64,000 nt of DNA, taken from Planctomycetota bacterium (lineage in GTDB: Bacteria; Planctomycetota; Planctomycetia; Pirellulales; Lacipirellulaceae). Each line of letters starts with the position of its first letter. Positions within the stretch are counted from its first letter, which is position 1. Location: contig JBCCXZ010000004.1 of the NCBI GenBank assembly GCA_039190745.1, positions 32,001 through 96,000 on the forward strand, in the 5' to 3' direction. The notes below the pieces were generated by a model. That model was not told the DNA's origin, did no database searches, and worked only from the letters and a program-made list of their open reading frames with translations. The translations under genes were made by a program, and so were the position numbers. This document shows positions 9,279 to 18,769 of this stretch, piece after piece.

Positions 9279-10259
9279 TCAGGGCCGGCCGTCCGGCCCC
9301 TCGCTCTTGGTCGTCTTTGGCGGGATGAGCCGCATCAGCGCAGGAGCGATCACCGGCAGTAGGCAGAGCGTGATGGCAACGCCGATGACGTTGAAGGCGA
9401 TCTGGGCGTTGGCGATGACGTTCTGGGCGCCCTCGCCGGGGAGGCGTTCGGCCAGCGAGATCAACGGACCAATGAAGAGCAGGCCGCAGACGACCGAGGC
9501 GGCGTTGAAGACGAAGTGGAAGACGCCGGTGCGGACGGCTTCGCGGGAGCGTCCGGCGGTGGCGACGAGCGTGTTGGAGACGGTGCCGATTTCGGCGCCG
9601 AGCATGATGGCCACGCCGGCTGCGGCGGTGACGGCTCCGCTCTCGGCGAGCTTGACCACGATGCCAACGGTGGCCGACGAGGACTGGATGACGACGGTGA
9701 CCAGGGCCCCGCAGAGGGCACCGAGGACGGGGGTCTCGCCGAAGCGTTCGATCCACTCCTGCCAGGCGGGCGTCTGGGCGAGGGGCTCGAGGGTGGCGTC
9801 GAGGCTTTCGAGGGCGAAGAACAGCAAGCCTACGCCGAGCAGGCAGGCGCCAACCTGTTTCACGCGTTTGCCCTTGGCGAGGAACTTCATCAGCAGGCCC
9901 GCGAGCATCAGCAGGGGGCCGAACTGTGTGACGCCCAGGGCGATGACCTTGGCGCCGATAGTGGTGCCGATGTTGGCGCCCATGACGACGCCCAGGGCCT
10001 GGGGGAAGGTCATGGCCCGGGCCTCGACCATGGCGATCACCATGATGATGGTGACCGAGGACGAGTCGAGCACCGTGCAGGCGACGGCGCCGGTGAGGAC
10101 GCCCATCACGGGGTTGGTGGTGAAGCGGTCGATCAGTTTCCGGGCCCGCTCTTCGGCGAGCGACTCGAAGCCCTCGGACATCTGCTCGACGCCCAGGATC
10201 AGCAGCGAGATGCCGGCGAGGACGCCGAGGGCGACCTCGAAGTAGTCGTAGGGGTTCAT
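9279..10259 (-). CDS. Na/Pi cotransporter family protein
   Basis: Duplicated DSSS/QSSS and GANIGTT/GAEIGT motifs; no PhoU domains. Confidence 0.9.
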   Translation of the reverse strand: MNPYDYFEVALGVLAGISLLILGVEQMSEGFESLAEERARKLIDRFTTNPVMGVLTGAVACTVLDSSSVTIIMVIAMVEARAMTFPQALGVVMGANIGTTIGAKVIALGVTQFGPLLMLAGLLMKFLAKGKRVKQVGACLLGVGLLFFALESLDATLEPLAQTPAWQEWIERFGETPVLGALCGALVTVVIQSSSATVGIVVKLAESGAVTAAAGVAIMLGAEIGTVSNTLVATAGRSREAVRTGVFHFVFNAASVVCGLLFIGPLISLAERLPGEGAQNVIANAQIAFNVIGVAITLCLLPVIAPALMRLIPPKTTKSEGPDGRP

Positions 10260-10299
10260 TGTCTTCCCCTCGATTACGCTCGGGGCTCTGGGGCGATTG

Positions 10300-10965
10300 C
10301 TAGTTCTTGAGTTGTTCTTCGAGCCACTCGCTCCACTCCTTGGTAATGGCGGGAGCGGCGAGGACCGATTCGATGGCGGCGGGGTCTCTCTCTTTGCTGG
10401 CGTAGAGCTTGGTGATCGTGGAGACGGGGATGGCGCCCTCGGGGGTGTCGAGGTGCTTGAGGGCGTCGCCGGCTTGGAGTTCGCCTTCTTCGTCGATGGC
10501 GAAGTAGAAGCCGGAGTGGCCGGTGGCGAGCATGTGCTTGAGGACCGACTTGTCGCCTAGGCGGAGCGCGAACTTGGAGCACGGCATGCGCGGCTCGGTG
10601 ACGCGGAGCACGACGCTGCCGCAGCGGTAGCGGGCGCCGATGAGGGCGTCGTCTTCCAGCAGTCCGGTGGTAGTGAGGTTTTCGCCGAAGGCGCCCCAGG
10701 TGAACTCTATGTTGGGGTAGTCAGCTCGCCACTGGTCGTAGTGCTCAGAGGCGAAGCCGTAGATCGCTTTGTCGGGCCCGCCGTGGACGGTGAGGTCGGC
10801 CTGGGCGTCGCCGTGGAGGTTGTGGCCCTCGGCCTTCACGGAGCCCTCGACGGGGGACTTGTAGATGCCGGTGCGGACGGTGCGGCCGTTGTCTTGCACT
10901 TCCCGGACCTGACCGACGTTGACGGAAATGATGGAGGGGGTTGGTTGAGCCATGGTCGGTTCCAT
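10300..10965 (-). CDS. MOSC domain protein (YiiM-like)
   Basis: HGGPDKA, FGENLTT, EPRMPCSK, SGFYF. Confidence 0.9.
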   Translation of the reverse strand: MEPTMAQPTPSIISVNVGQVREVQDNGRTVRTGIYKSPVEGSVKAEGHNLHGDAQADLTVHGGPDKAIYGFASEHYDQWRADYPNIEFTWGAFGENLTTTGLLEDDALIGARYRCGSVVLRVTEPRMPCSKFALRLGDKSVLKHMLATGHSGFYFAIDEEGELQAGDALKHLDTPEGAIPVSTITKLYASKERDPAAIESVLAAPAITKEWSEWLEEQLKN

Positions 10966-10996
10966 CGGCCTCGGAGAGGCGTCCTAGAGGCGGGTG

Positions 10997-12145
10997 CTAC
11001 TCTGGCTGCTGGTTGGGGGCCTCGTTGGAATCGCTGACGCGGTGGGTGTCGAGCCCCAACGCGGCGGCTCGTTTCTTCCAGCGTTGCCGGGCGACGCGGC
11101 GCATGTCGGTGGCGGTGTCTGCCTCGTCCACGATCTCGGTGCCCAGCAGCGTCTCGATGAGGTCTTCGAGGGTTACGAGGCCGTCGGTGCCGCCGTACTC
11201 GTCGAGCACCAGGGCGATGTGCTCGCCGCTCTTGAGCAGCAGGTCGAACAGCGCGGTGAGCTTGGCCGAGGAGGGGACGGTTTGGATCTCGCGGCGGAGC
11301 GTGGCGAGGGTGGCGTCGGGTTGGTCGTGGGCACGCAGCAGGATGTCGCTGCGGAGGACGAAGCCGGTGACGCCGTCGATCGACTCGTCGTAAACGGGGA
11401 TGCGGGAGACGGGCAGGTCGGGCTGCTGGGCAACGACCTCGCCGACGGTGTGTTCTTCGGGGAGGGCGATCACGACCGTGCGGGGGGTCATGATGTCCTG
11501 CACGCGGAGCTTGCCGAGACGGAAGAGGTTGACGAGGATCTTCGACTCGCCGGGGTCGAGTTGGCCGCTCTTGGCTCCGATCTCTGCGAGGGCGGCGACT
11601 TCTTCTCGGGTAACGACGTGCTGGTGGCTGCCGCCGATGAGTTTGGTGAACAGCTCGGAGAGCCAGACCAGCGGCAGAAGCAGCCAGACTAGCAGCTGAG
11701 TGAGCGTGGCGATGGCGGGGGCGAGCGTGCGCCAGTACACGGCCCCGATGGTCTTGGGGATGATCTCGGAGAGGAAGAGGATGAGCAGGGTCATCGCGGC
11801 GGAGGCCCAGCCGACGGCTTGGTTGCCCCAGATGCTGGCAGCCTGCGCGCCGACGCCGGCGGCCCCGACGGTGTGGGCGACGGTGTTGAGGCTGAGGATG
11901 GCCGAGAGCGGCCGGTCGATGTTGGCCTTGAGGGCGGCGAGACGCTCGGCGGAGCGCTGGCCCTCCTCCTTGAGCACGGCGATGTAGGAGGGCGAGACGC
12001 TGAGCAGCACCGCCTCGGCGATCGAGCAGAAGAAGGAGAAGCCGATCGCGACGAACGCGAAGAAAATAAGCCAGAAGAGGCTGCCCTCCTCCGCCGCTGC
12101 GGTGACGGGGACGGCGGCGAGGGTTACGAGACTGGTTGGCAACAT
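10997..12145 (-). CDS. CNNM/DUF21 plus CBS-pair membrane protein (hemolysin/CorB-like)
   Basis: SFFCSIAEAVLLS, LNTVAHT, SEIIPKT, IMTPR, DEYGGTDGLVTLEDLIE. Confidence 0.9.
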   Translation of the reverse strand: MLPTSLVTLAAVPVTAAAEEGSLFWLIFFAFVAIGFSFFCSIAEAVLLSVSPSYIAVLKEEGQRSAERLAALKANIDRPLSAILSLNTVAHTVGAAGVGAQAASIWGNQAVGWASAAMTLLILFLSEIIPKTIGAVYWRTLAPAIATLTQLLVWLLLPLVWLSELFTKLIGGSHQHVVTREEVAALAEIGAKSGQLDPGESKILVNLFRLGKLRVQDIMTPRTVVIALPEEHTVGEVVAQQPDLPVSRIPVYDESIDGVTGFVLRSDILLRAHDQPDATLATLRREIQTVPSSAKLTALFDLLLKSGEHIALVLDEYGGTDGLVTLEDLIETLLGTEIVDEADTATDMRRVARQRWKKRAAALGLDTHRVSDSNEAPNQQPE

Positions 12146-12336
12146 CGGCGTGGTTGTTGAGGGTGGATTGCGTGCCGCCGCATGCGGCCGGTCGCTGTGT
12201 TTGTGCAGCCTACGGCATCGGCGCGGGCTTTGAAACGGCGCCGGCTTGGAGGGCCGTGTTGAGGGGGCGTCGCGTGCGCTTTTCCGCTAGAATAGAAGGG
12301 GTGGAACGCGGGTTGCGAACGTGGAGGAATCGGCGG

Positions 12337-13788
12337 ATGAGGCGTGTATTCTGGGCGGCATTGGCGTGGGTGGTTAGCGGGGCGGTCGGGGCGACCGCCG
12401 ACCCGCTCTACCCGAGCTTCAACGCTTTTCTGGCGGAGATCGACCGCATCGAGGCGATTGCCGACCCGACGCAACGGACGGGGGAGCTCGACACATTTTG
12501 GAACGGCCTGAAGTCGGCCGGGCAGGTGCCTTACGTGCAGGGGAACCAGGCGGCAATGCTCTACCGCGGAGCGGCGAGCAGCGTCACCTTCCCCGGCGAC
12601 GCGAACCGCTGGAACGCCAATGCATGGTCGGCGACGCAGGTGCCGGGGACCGATCTTTGGTTGCGGCAGTCGACGCTGCCGAGCGACGCGCGGGTGGATT
12701 ACAAGATCGTGCGGAACGGGCAGTGGATACTCGATCCGAACAACCCGTTGCAGCAGTGGTCGGGGTTCGGGCCGAACTCGGAACTGCGGATGGAGGAGTA
12801 CGAGTTCCCCGCCGAGACGGTTCTTGGCGCCGGCGTGGCGCGCGGTTCGTTGAGCGGCAACCAGCGGCTGTCGAGCTCGGCGATCAACGCCGACGTGAAC
12901 GTACGCGTGTACACGCCGTCAGGCTACGACCAGCATCAAGACCTGCCGGTGGTGTACGTGACCGACGGGCACGAGTACCTCGACAACCGGCTGGGGTCGA
13001 TGGCGACGGTGCTGGACAACCTGATCGGCGACGGGCGGTTGCAGCCGACGATCGCGGTGTTCATCGACCCGCGAGACCCCCGCACGGGCGTCAACCGGCG
13101 GGCCAGTCAGCTGGGCGGCAGCGGCAAGGGGGCGTTCGCCGACTTCATCGCCGACGAACTCGTGCCGACCATCGACGCGGGCTACCGGACGGACGCTAGC
13201 GCCGACAAGCGGGTGATCCTGGGCACGTCGCTCGGCGGGCTGTTCTCGGCCTATATGGGGGCGCGTCACCCGGACGTGGTTTCGAACGCGGCGATCCAAT
13301 CGCCGGCGTTTTGGTACGACGACTCGATCTACAGCACGTATTTCAACAGCACGACGCTGGACGACCAGCTGCGCATCTACATGGAGTCGGGCACGATCAA
13401 CGACGGCAACGGCGGGCCGACGATGGCGACGATCCTCGCCGATGGCGGGTACGACTACGTGTACGACGCGGTGAACCAGGGCCACTCGTGGGGGCACTGG
13501 AAGGGGGAGCTGGACGCGGCGCTGATCCACCTCATTGGGCCGGAGGCGTTTGCGGGCGACGCGGATCAGGATGGGGACGTTGACGTATCGGACCTGCTCC
13601 GTTGGCAGCAGTCGGGCGACGCAGCGGGGATCTCCGAGTGGCGAAACGCATTTGACGGCGGCTCGGCACAGTCAGCCGTGCGGGCCGTTCCTGAACCGGG
13701 TTCGGGAGGCGTGGCACTCATCGGCGCCGGGTGCTTCATCCGTCGGCCGGCCCGCTGCTACCGGAATCTTCGCTGCACGAATCGCTAA
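12337..13788 (+). CDS. Secreted Fes-like esterase (alpha/beta hydrolase) with Ig/CBM48-like N-domain and PEP-CTERM tail
   Basis: Signal peptide; WILDPNNP; VYTPSGY; nucleophile motif GTSLGG; GHSWGHW; dockerin-like DADQDGDVD; VPEP. Confidence 0.85.
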   Translation: MRRVFWAALAWVVSGAVGATADPLYPSFNAFLAEIDRIEAIADPTQRTGELDTFWNGLKSAGQVPYVQGNQAAMLYRGAASSVTFPGDANRWNANAWSATQVPGTDLWLRQSTLPSDARVDYKIVRNGQWILDPNNPLQQWSGFGPNSELRMEEYEFPAETVLGAGVARGSLSGNQRLSSSAINADVNVRVYTPSGYDQHQDLPVVYVTDGHEYLDNRLGSMATVLDNLIGDGRLQPTIAVFIDPRDPRTGVNRRASQLGGSGKGAFADFIADELVPTIDAGYRTDASADKRVILGTSLGGLFSAYMGARHPDVVSNAAIQSPAFWYDDSIYSTYFNSTTLDDQLRIYMESGTINDGNGGPTMATILADGGYDYVYDAVNQGHSWGHWKGELDAALIHLIGPEAFAGDADQDGDVDVSDLLRWQQSGDAAGISEWRNAFDGGSAQSAVRAVPEPGSGGVALIGAGCFIRRPARCYRNLRCTNR

Positions 13789-13818
13789 CCCACCCAACGC
13801 CGCTAACCCACCCAACGC
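13783..13818. repeat. Perfect 18-bp tandem duplication
   Basis: CGCTAACCCACCCAACGC x2; the first copy contains the esterase stop codon. Confidence 0.85.
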
Positions 13819-13822
13819 CACA

Positions 13823-13850
13823 GCGGCCGCGGCTCGGTGACCGCGGCCGC
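13823..13850. terminator. GC-rich hairpin between convergent genes, possible terminator
   Basis: GCGGCCGCGG/CCGCGGCCGC 10-bp stem with an 8-nt loop; no U-tract. Confidence 0.45.
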
Positions 13851-13916
13851 CGGGGTGGGCGTCGCCTGTCATTGGCGTCTGAGCTGGCGTCCCTACCAGC
13901 GACGGGGAAGACGCGT

Positions 13917-14297
13917 TCAAGAAGGCGACATGATGTATTCATCTTCCTGCCCCACGGGCTGATCCCACGGTGAGATCGCCTGCTTACGGCGTTTGCCGCC
14001 GGCGCGGGCGAGCGTGCGTCCCACGGCGTGGGCCAGCCGGTCGGCAACGCGGCCAATGCAACGGCCGACGTTGGGGTCGCGGTCGGAGACCCTCACCTCT
14101 CCCGCTCCGCTGAGTTTGACCGCCAGCCGGCAGGCCTTGTCGTGGCCGCCGCGGGGGCCATTCACGTCCTCTACGACAAGCGACACGCGTCGTGCGCGGC
14201 CAGAGAAACGAGCGAGGGCGGCGCGGACGCGCTCCTCGGCGAGCCGTCGGGTTTCCTTGGACAAGACGCCGCTGCGGTCGACCATCGAGAGTTTCAT
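13917..14297 (-). CDS. HPF/RaiA-family ribosome-associated protein (short form)
   Basis: ERVRAALARF..VEDVNGPRGGHDKACRL motif; GGAG upstream on the minus strand. Confidence 0.75.
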   Translation of the reverse strand: MKLSMVDRSGVLSKETRRLAEERVRAALARFSGRARRVSLVVEDVNGPRGGHDKACRLAVKLSGAGEVRVSDRDPNVGRCIGRVADRLAHAVGRTLARAGGKRRKQAISPWDQPVGQEDEYIMSPS

Positions 14298-14558
14298 CGC
14301 GTGTCTCCGGGGGTTGCATTTCTGGCGGGCGGGCAAGGCCCTGCCCGCCTCTATCCATTAATACGACCAACCGGACACTTTGATAAAGAAGATTTGCGAG
14401 TCGATTCCTTAGAGAAAAACTAACTGCTGTCCGCTTCGGTGGCGCGAGGCGTCGTTTACGCAGGCGGGATTCCCGCCGGGCCACGCCCGAGGGCTGGCCG
14501 AACGTGGGAACCGCTTAAAGAAACGCGGCATAGAACGAGACCGCGCCGAGAGAATCCG

Positions 14559-15542
14559 CTACTCGAGGAAGCCGTTGGGGTGCGACTGGTGCCACTTCCA
14601 GGCGCTGGTGACGATCGACTCGACGCCGACGTGCTGGGGCTCCCAGCCGAGAGTTTCTTTGGCGAGCGTGGGGTCGGCGACCAGCTCGGGCGGGTCGCCC
14701 TGGCGGCGGCCGGTGATCTCCGACGGGATCGGGTGGCCCGTAGCGGCGCGGCAGGCCTCAATCACCTCACGGACGCTGGCGCCCTTGCCGGTGCCGAGGT
14801 TCAGGCAAAGCCCCTTGCCGGGCTTGATCTTCTCCAGGGCCAGGATGTGCGCCGCGGCGAGGTCGTCCACATGGATGTAGTCGCGGATGCAGGTGCCGTC
14901 TGGCGTGGGGTAGTCGTCTCCGAAGATCTTGATGCTCGCCCGCTGGCCGAGGGCCACTTGCAGCACGAGCGGGATGAGGTGCGTCTCGGGGTCGTGGTCT
15001 TCGCCGATGCTGCCGTCCTCGGCGGCGCCCGAGGCGTTGAAGTAGCGGAGCGCGGCGTAGCCCAGCCCGTAGGCGTGGGCGTAGTCGGCCATGGCGTGCT
15101 CCATGACCAGTTTGGTGAAGCCGTAGGGGTTGATCGGCGCCTGCTTCTCGCTCTCGGTGATGGGCACTTCTTCGGGCACGCCGTAGGTAGCGCAGGTGCT
15201 GGAGAAGACCAGCCGGTCGATATTGCAGGCCCGCATGGCGTCGAGCAGCGAGAGCGTGCCGACGACGTTGTTCTGGTAATAGGCCGCGGGGTCGACGACC
15301 GAGACGCCCACGAGGGCCGAGGCGGCGAAGTGCATCACGGCCTCGATCTGGTGCTCGCGGAAGACGGCCTTGAGGATCTCGGCGGTCATGAGGTCGCCGA
15401 TGATGAGGCGGTCTTCGGGGACGGCTCCTCGGTGGCCCTCGCTGAGGTTGTCGTAGACCCAGACGTCGTGGCCGCCCTGCATGAGCAGCCGCGCGGTGTG
15501 GGAACCGACGTAACCCGCCCCGCCTGTGAGAAGAACCCGCAT
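14559..15542 (-). CDS. galE: UDP-glucose 4-epimerase
   Basis: TGGAGYVGSH, HFAA, FSSTCATYG, YGFTK, LRYFNA, RDYIHV. Confidence 0.95.
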   Translation of the reverse strand: MRVLLTGGAGYVGSHTARLLMQGGHDVWVYDNLSEGHRGAVPEDRLIIGDLMTAEILKAVFREHQIEAVMHFAASALVGVSVVDPAAYYQNNVVGTLSLLDAMRACNIDRLVFSSTCATYGVPEEVPITESEKQAPINPYGFTKLVMEHAMADYAHAYGLGYAALRYFNASGAAEDGSIGEDHDPETHLIPLVLQVALGQRASIKIFGDDYPTPDGTCIRDYIHVDDLAAAHILALEKIKPGKGLCLNLGTGKGASVREVIEACRAATGHPIPSEITGRRQGDPPELVADPTLAKETLGWEPQHVGVESIVTSAWKWHQSHPNGFLE

Positions 15543-15691
15543 GCCGCACCCCTGTGTTTCTCGTGTCTCTGGTGATCGCGAACGGGTCAGTTTCGCCGAT
15601 GGGGCGTGGATTGGCAAACCCGCCTAGCTGCGGACCGGGCCGGCCGTCATGATGCCGGGCGGTCGCCCCATGTTGCAGTTCCGGAGTTCTC

Positions 15692-16672
15692 TTGGCCGAA
15701 GCGGAAGGACCTCAATCGCGCGTCGCGTGCCGGGCGTACGGAAGGCTCGTTGAGTGGCTCGCCGCGAGCGGCGGGAGCGTGGCCGTGACGACGTACAACT
15801 CGGGCCGGCTGTTGGTGCTGGCGGCGCCGGAGGGGCGGCTGCGTTGGCGGGCGTGGCGTTTCGAGAGGCCGATGGGGCTCGCCGTCGAGGGCGACCGGGC
15901 GGCGCTAGCCGTGCGGGAGGAGGTGCTGCGCTTCTCGGCGAGGCAGACCGAGTCCGGCGGGCGGCTGCGGCAGGTCGGCCAGTGCGAGACAGGCAGAGTC
16001 GACACGCACGAAGTTGCGATCGTCGGCAGTCGGGTGCTGTTTGCCAACACGCGGGCGAACTGCGTCGCCCGGGCTAAACCGGGCGGCGGCTACGCGGTGC
16101 GTTGGCGGCCTTCGTTTGTGGACCCGGAACTACGACGAGACCAATGCCATATGAACGGACTGGGCGTGCGCGACGGCGAGCTGGCGACGGTCACGCTGTT
16201 CGGCCGGAGCGACCAGCCCCGCGGGTGGCGGACCGACGCACGGTACTCCAGCGGCGAGCTGATGGCGGTCGCTGATGAGAGCACGCTCGCCGGCGGGCTG
16301 TGCATGCCGCACTCGCCGCGTTGGCACGACGGGCGTTGGTGGCTGTGCGACTCGGGACGCGGCACGCTGTGCCGGGTATCGGACAGCAAGGCGGAGCCGA
16401 TCGCTGAGCTGCCGGGGTTCACACGGGGGCTTTGCATCGTGGGCGGTTACGCGCTTGTCGGCCGGTCGCGGTTCCGCGACGAACATGTGCTGGACACGAA
16501 ACGCATTACTGGACGCACGCAGACGCCCCGCTCCGGGGTGTCACTGGTGGACCTCGCAAGCGGCAAGGAAGTGGGCGGCGTGGATTTCCTCCGCGGTGGT
16601 CGGGAGGTGTTCGAGGTTACTCTGCTGCCGGGGCTGCCGCGGCCGCGGTTGGTGCTGCCGACGGAGTTGTGA
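15692..16672 (+). CDS. TIGR03032/DUF4915-like protein
   Basis: SVAVTTYNSGRL, FERPMGL, DQCHMNGL, GLCMPHSPRWH, LPGFTRGL. Confidence 0.75.
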   Translation: MAEAEGPQSRVACRAYGRLVEWLAASGGSVAVTTYNSGRLLVLAAPEGRLRWRAWRFERPMGLAVEGDRAALAVREEVLRFSARQTESGGRLRQVGQCETGRVDTHEVAIVGSRVLFANTRANCVARAKPGGGYAVRWRPSFVDPELRRDQCHMNGLGVRDGELATVTLFGRSDQPRGWRTDARYSSGELMAVADESTLAGGLCMPHSPRWHDGRWWLCDSGRGTLCRVSDSKAEPIAELPGFTRGLCIVGGYALVGRSRFRDEHVLDTKRITGRTQTPRSGVSLVDLASGKEVGGVDFLRGGREVFEVTLLPGLPRPRLVLPTEL

Positions 16673-17096
16673 CCGACGCAGCCGGAGCCCGCGAGGCCTT
16701 GAAGGCGTGCCAGAGGATCAACGAGAACGGCGCCCACCAGATGAGGTCGTTGGTGAGGATGGTCCAGCCCATCCGCGGCGGGAGCGTTCCCTGCATCACG
16801 GCGTCCACGAAGCCGATGGGGCCGAAGATTTTCCCGAGCAAACCCACAAGAATAATCGGCCAGTGCCGCACGGGGTCGGCCGCGGCGCAGGCGTAGCCGA
16901 CGCCGTAGACGCCCACAATCATGCCGATGCACTGCCAGAGCTGTGGGTAGGTCGGCAACGGGTCAAACCCTGCCCAGCGGAAGATGGCCATCGGGAAGAA
17001 GATGGCCCAGGCACCCCAGGCGAGGTTGTAGACGGCCGCGGCCCAGAGGACCTGGGTCATCCAGCGGGGGGATTCGTTAGTCGCCTGGGGGTTCAT
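16617..17096 (-). CDS. Small integral membrane protein (domain often associated with AhpC-like redoxins)
   Basis: AAVYNLAWG, WQCIGMIVGVYGVGY, DPVRHWPIILVGLLGK, NDLIWW; 3' end overlaps the convergent gene by 56 bp. Confidence 0.7.
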   Translation of the reverse strand: MNPQATNESPRWMTQVLWAAAVYNLAWGAWAIFFPMAIFRWAGFDPLPTYPQLWQCIGMIVGVYGVGYACAAADPVRHWPIILVGLLGKIFGPIGFVDAVMQGTLPPRMGWTILTNDLIWWAPFSLILWHAFKASRAPAASVTTPSAAPTAAAAAPAAE

Positions 17097-17254
17097 CGTC
17101 TGGATCCTTTGGTCGAATACGTGCCTTCGCTGCTTGAACCGCGATTATGGCAGGACGGCAACTGCCTAGCGGCCACGGCTGCGGGTTGACGCGGGCCGGT
17201 TTTTCCGGTCTTTCGCGGTACGCACGGAGCTTCTTGTCCACCCGAGGAAGAGAT

Positions 17255-18691
17255 ATGTCGACCAGCTCGACGATTGTTTGGTTCCGCCAAGACCTGCGCC
17301 TGGCGGACAACCCGGCGCTGCTCCGGGCGGCAGAGTCGGGTTCGGTCGTGCCGGTGTACGTCTGGAGCCCCGAGGAGGAGGGCGACTGGGCCCCCGGCGG
17401 GGCTGGGAAGTGGTGGCTGCACCGGTCGCTCGAGTCGCTCGACGGATCGCTGCGGGAGATAGGTTCGCGGCTGGTGGTGCGTCGGGGCGACTCGCTCCAG
17501 CAGCTCCGGGCCATTGCCGAAGAAACCGGCGCTGAGCGGGTGTTCTGGAACCGGCGTTATGAGCCGCAGGCCATCGAGCGCGACAAACAGATCAAGGCGT
17601 CGCTTGCCGAGGACGGGTTGGGCGTCGAGAGCTTCAACGCGGCGCTGCTGCATGAGCCGTGGACCGTGGCCACGCAACAGGGCCAGCCATACAAGGTGTT
17701 CACGCCGTACTGGCGGGCGTGCCTGAAACAGGACATTCGGCGGGAGCCTCTGTCGAAGCCGAAGACACTCGATGCGCCTGGTTCATGGCCAAAGAGCGTG
17801 GAGCTCGATTCGTTAGCGTTAAACCCCAAGATCGCTTGGGACGCCGGTCTGGCCGAGACGTGGGACGTCGGCGAGGCGGCGGCGATGAAGCGGCTGAGGG
17901 CGTTCGCCAAGCGGGGCATGGCCGACTACGGCGACGAACGGAACCGCATGGACCACGACGGCGTGTCGATGCTCTCGCCCTACCTGCACTGGGGCGAGCT
18001 GAGCCCGCGGCAGGCGTTCGCCGCGGCGGACAAGCTGCGGGAGAAAGACCCCGGCGCGGCGGACGGCGTGAAGGTGTTCCTCAGCGAGATCGGTTGGCGG
18101 GAGTTTAGCTACCACCTGATGTACCACTTCCCCACGGTGGTCGACCAACCGCTGCGGGAGGAGTTCACGCGGTTCGAGTGGGACGACGATCGAGAGGCTT
18201 TGAAACGTTGGCAGCGCGGGCAGACGGGCTTCCCCGTGGTCGACGCGGCGATGCGGCAGCTCTACGCCACCGGCTGGATGCACAACCGGGCGCGGATGAT
18301 CGTGGCGTCGTTCCTCACGAAAGACCTGCTGATTCCCTGGCAGCGGGGCGCGGAGTGGTTTTGGGACACGCTGGTCGACGCCGACCTGGCGAGCAACACG
18401 CAGGGCTGGCAGTGGACGGCCGGCTGCGGGGCGGATGCGTCGCCGTTCTTCCGGGTGTTCAACCCGGTGAGCCAGTCGGAGAAGTTCGACCCGCAGGGGG
18501 ACTACATCCGCCGGTGGGTGCCGGAGCTGGGCGGGCTCGACCGGCCGCACATCTTCCAGCCGCACGAGGCGCCGCCGGGCGTGCTGCGGGCGGCGGGCGT
18601 CGAGTTGGGCAAGGACTACCCGCTGCCGATGGTCGACCACGGTGAGGCCCGGAAGCGGGCGTTGGACGTGTACCAGAGCATGAAGAATTAG
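17255..18691 (+). CDS. phrB: Deoxyribodipyrimidine photolyase
   Basis: WFRQDLRLADNPAL, SMLSPYLHWG, GQTGFPVVDAAMRQL, WMHNRARM, FFRVFNP. Confidence 0.95.
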   Translation: MSTSSTIVWFRQDLRLADNPALLRAAESGSVVPVYVWSPEEEGDWAPGGAGKWWLHRSLESLDGSLREIGSRLVVRRGDSLQQLRAIAEETGAERVFWNRRYEPQAIERDKQIKASLAEDGLGVESFNAALLHEPWTVATQQGQPYKVFTPYWRACLKQDIRREPLSKPKTLDAPGSWPKSVELDSLALNPKIAWDAGLAETWDVGEAAAMKRLRAFAKRGMADYGDERNRMDHDGVSMLSPYLHWGELSPRQAFAAADKLREKDPGAADGVKVFLSEIGWREFSYHLMYHFPTVVDQPLREEFTRFEWDDDREALKRWQRGQTGFPVVDAAMRQLYATGWMHNRARMIVASFLTKDLLIPWQRGAEWFWDTLVDADLASNTQGWQWTAGCGADASPFFRVFNPVSQSEKFDPQGDYIRRWVPELGGLDRPHIFQPHEAPPGVLRAAGVELGKDYPLPMVDHGEARKRALDVYQSMKN

Positions 18692-18769
18692 CCGCAGATG
18701 GACGCAGATAAACGCAGATGATGAACAGGAAGCTCCTTATCTGTGTTCATCTGCGTTCATCTGTGGCTA
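18689..18769. repeat. CAGAT-type periodic inverted-repeat element (31-bp arms)
   Basis: Arms 18689-18719 and 18739-18769 are 27/31 complementary; each has three 10-bp CAGAT units; the terminal TAG and CTA are the stop codons of both flanking genes. Confidence 0.92.

Noticed and set aside
16617..16672. 56-bp convergent gene overlap
   Set aside because: It involves a low-complexity Ala/Pro tail and is common in GC-rich genomes.
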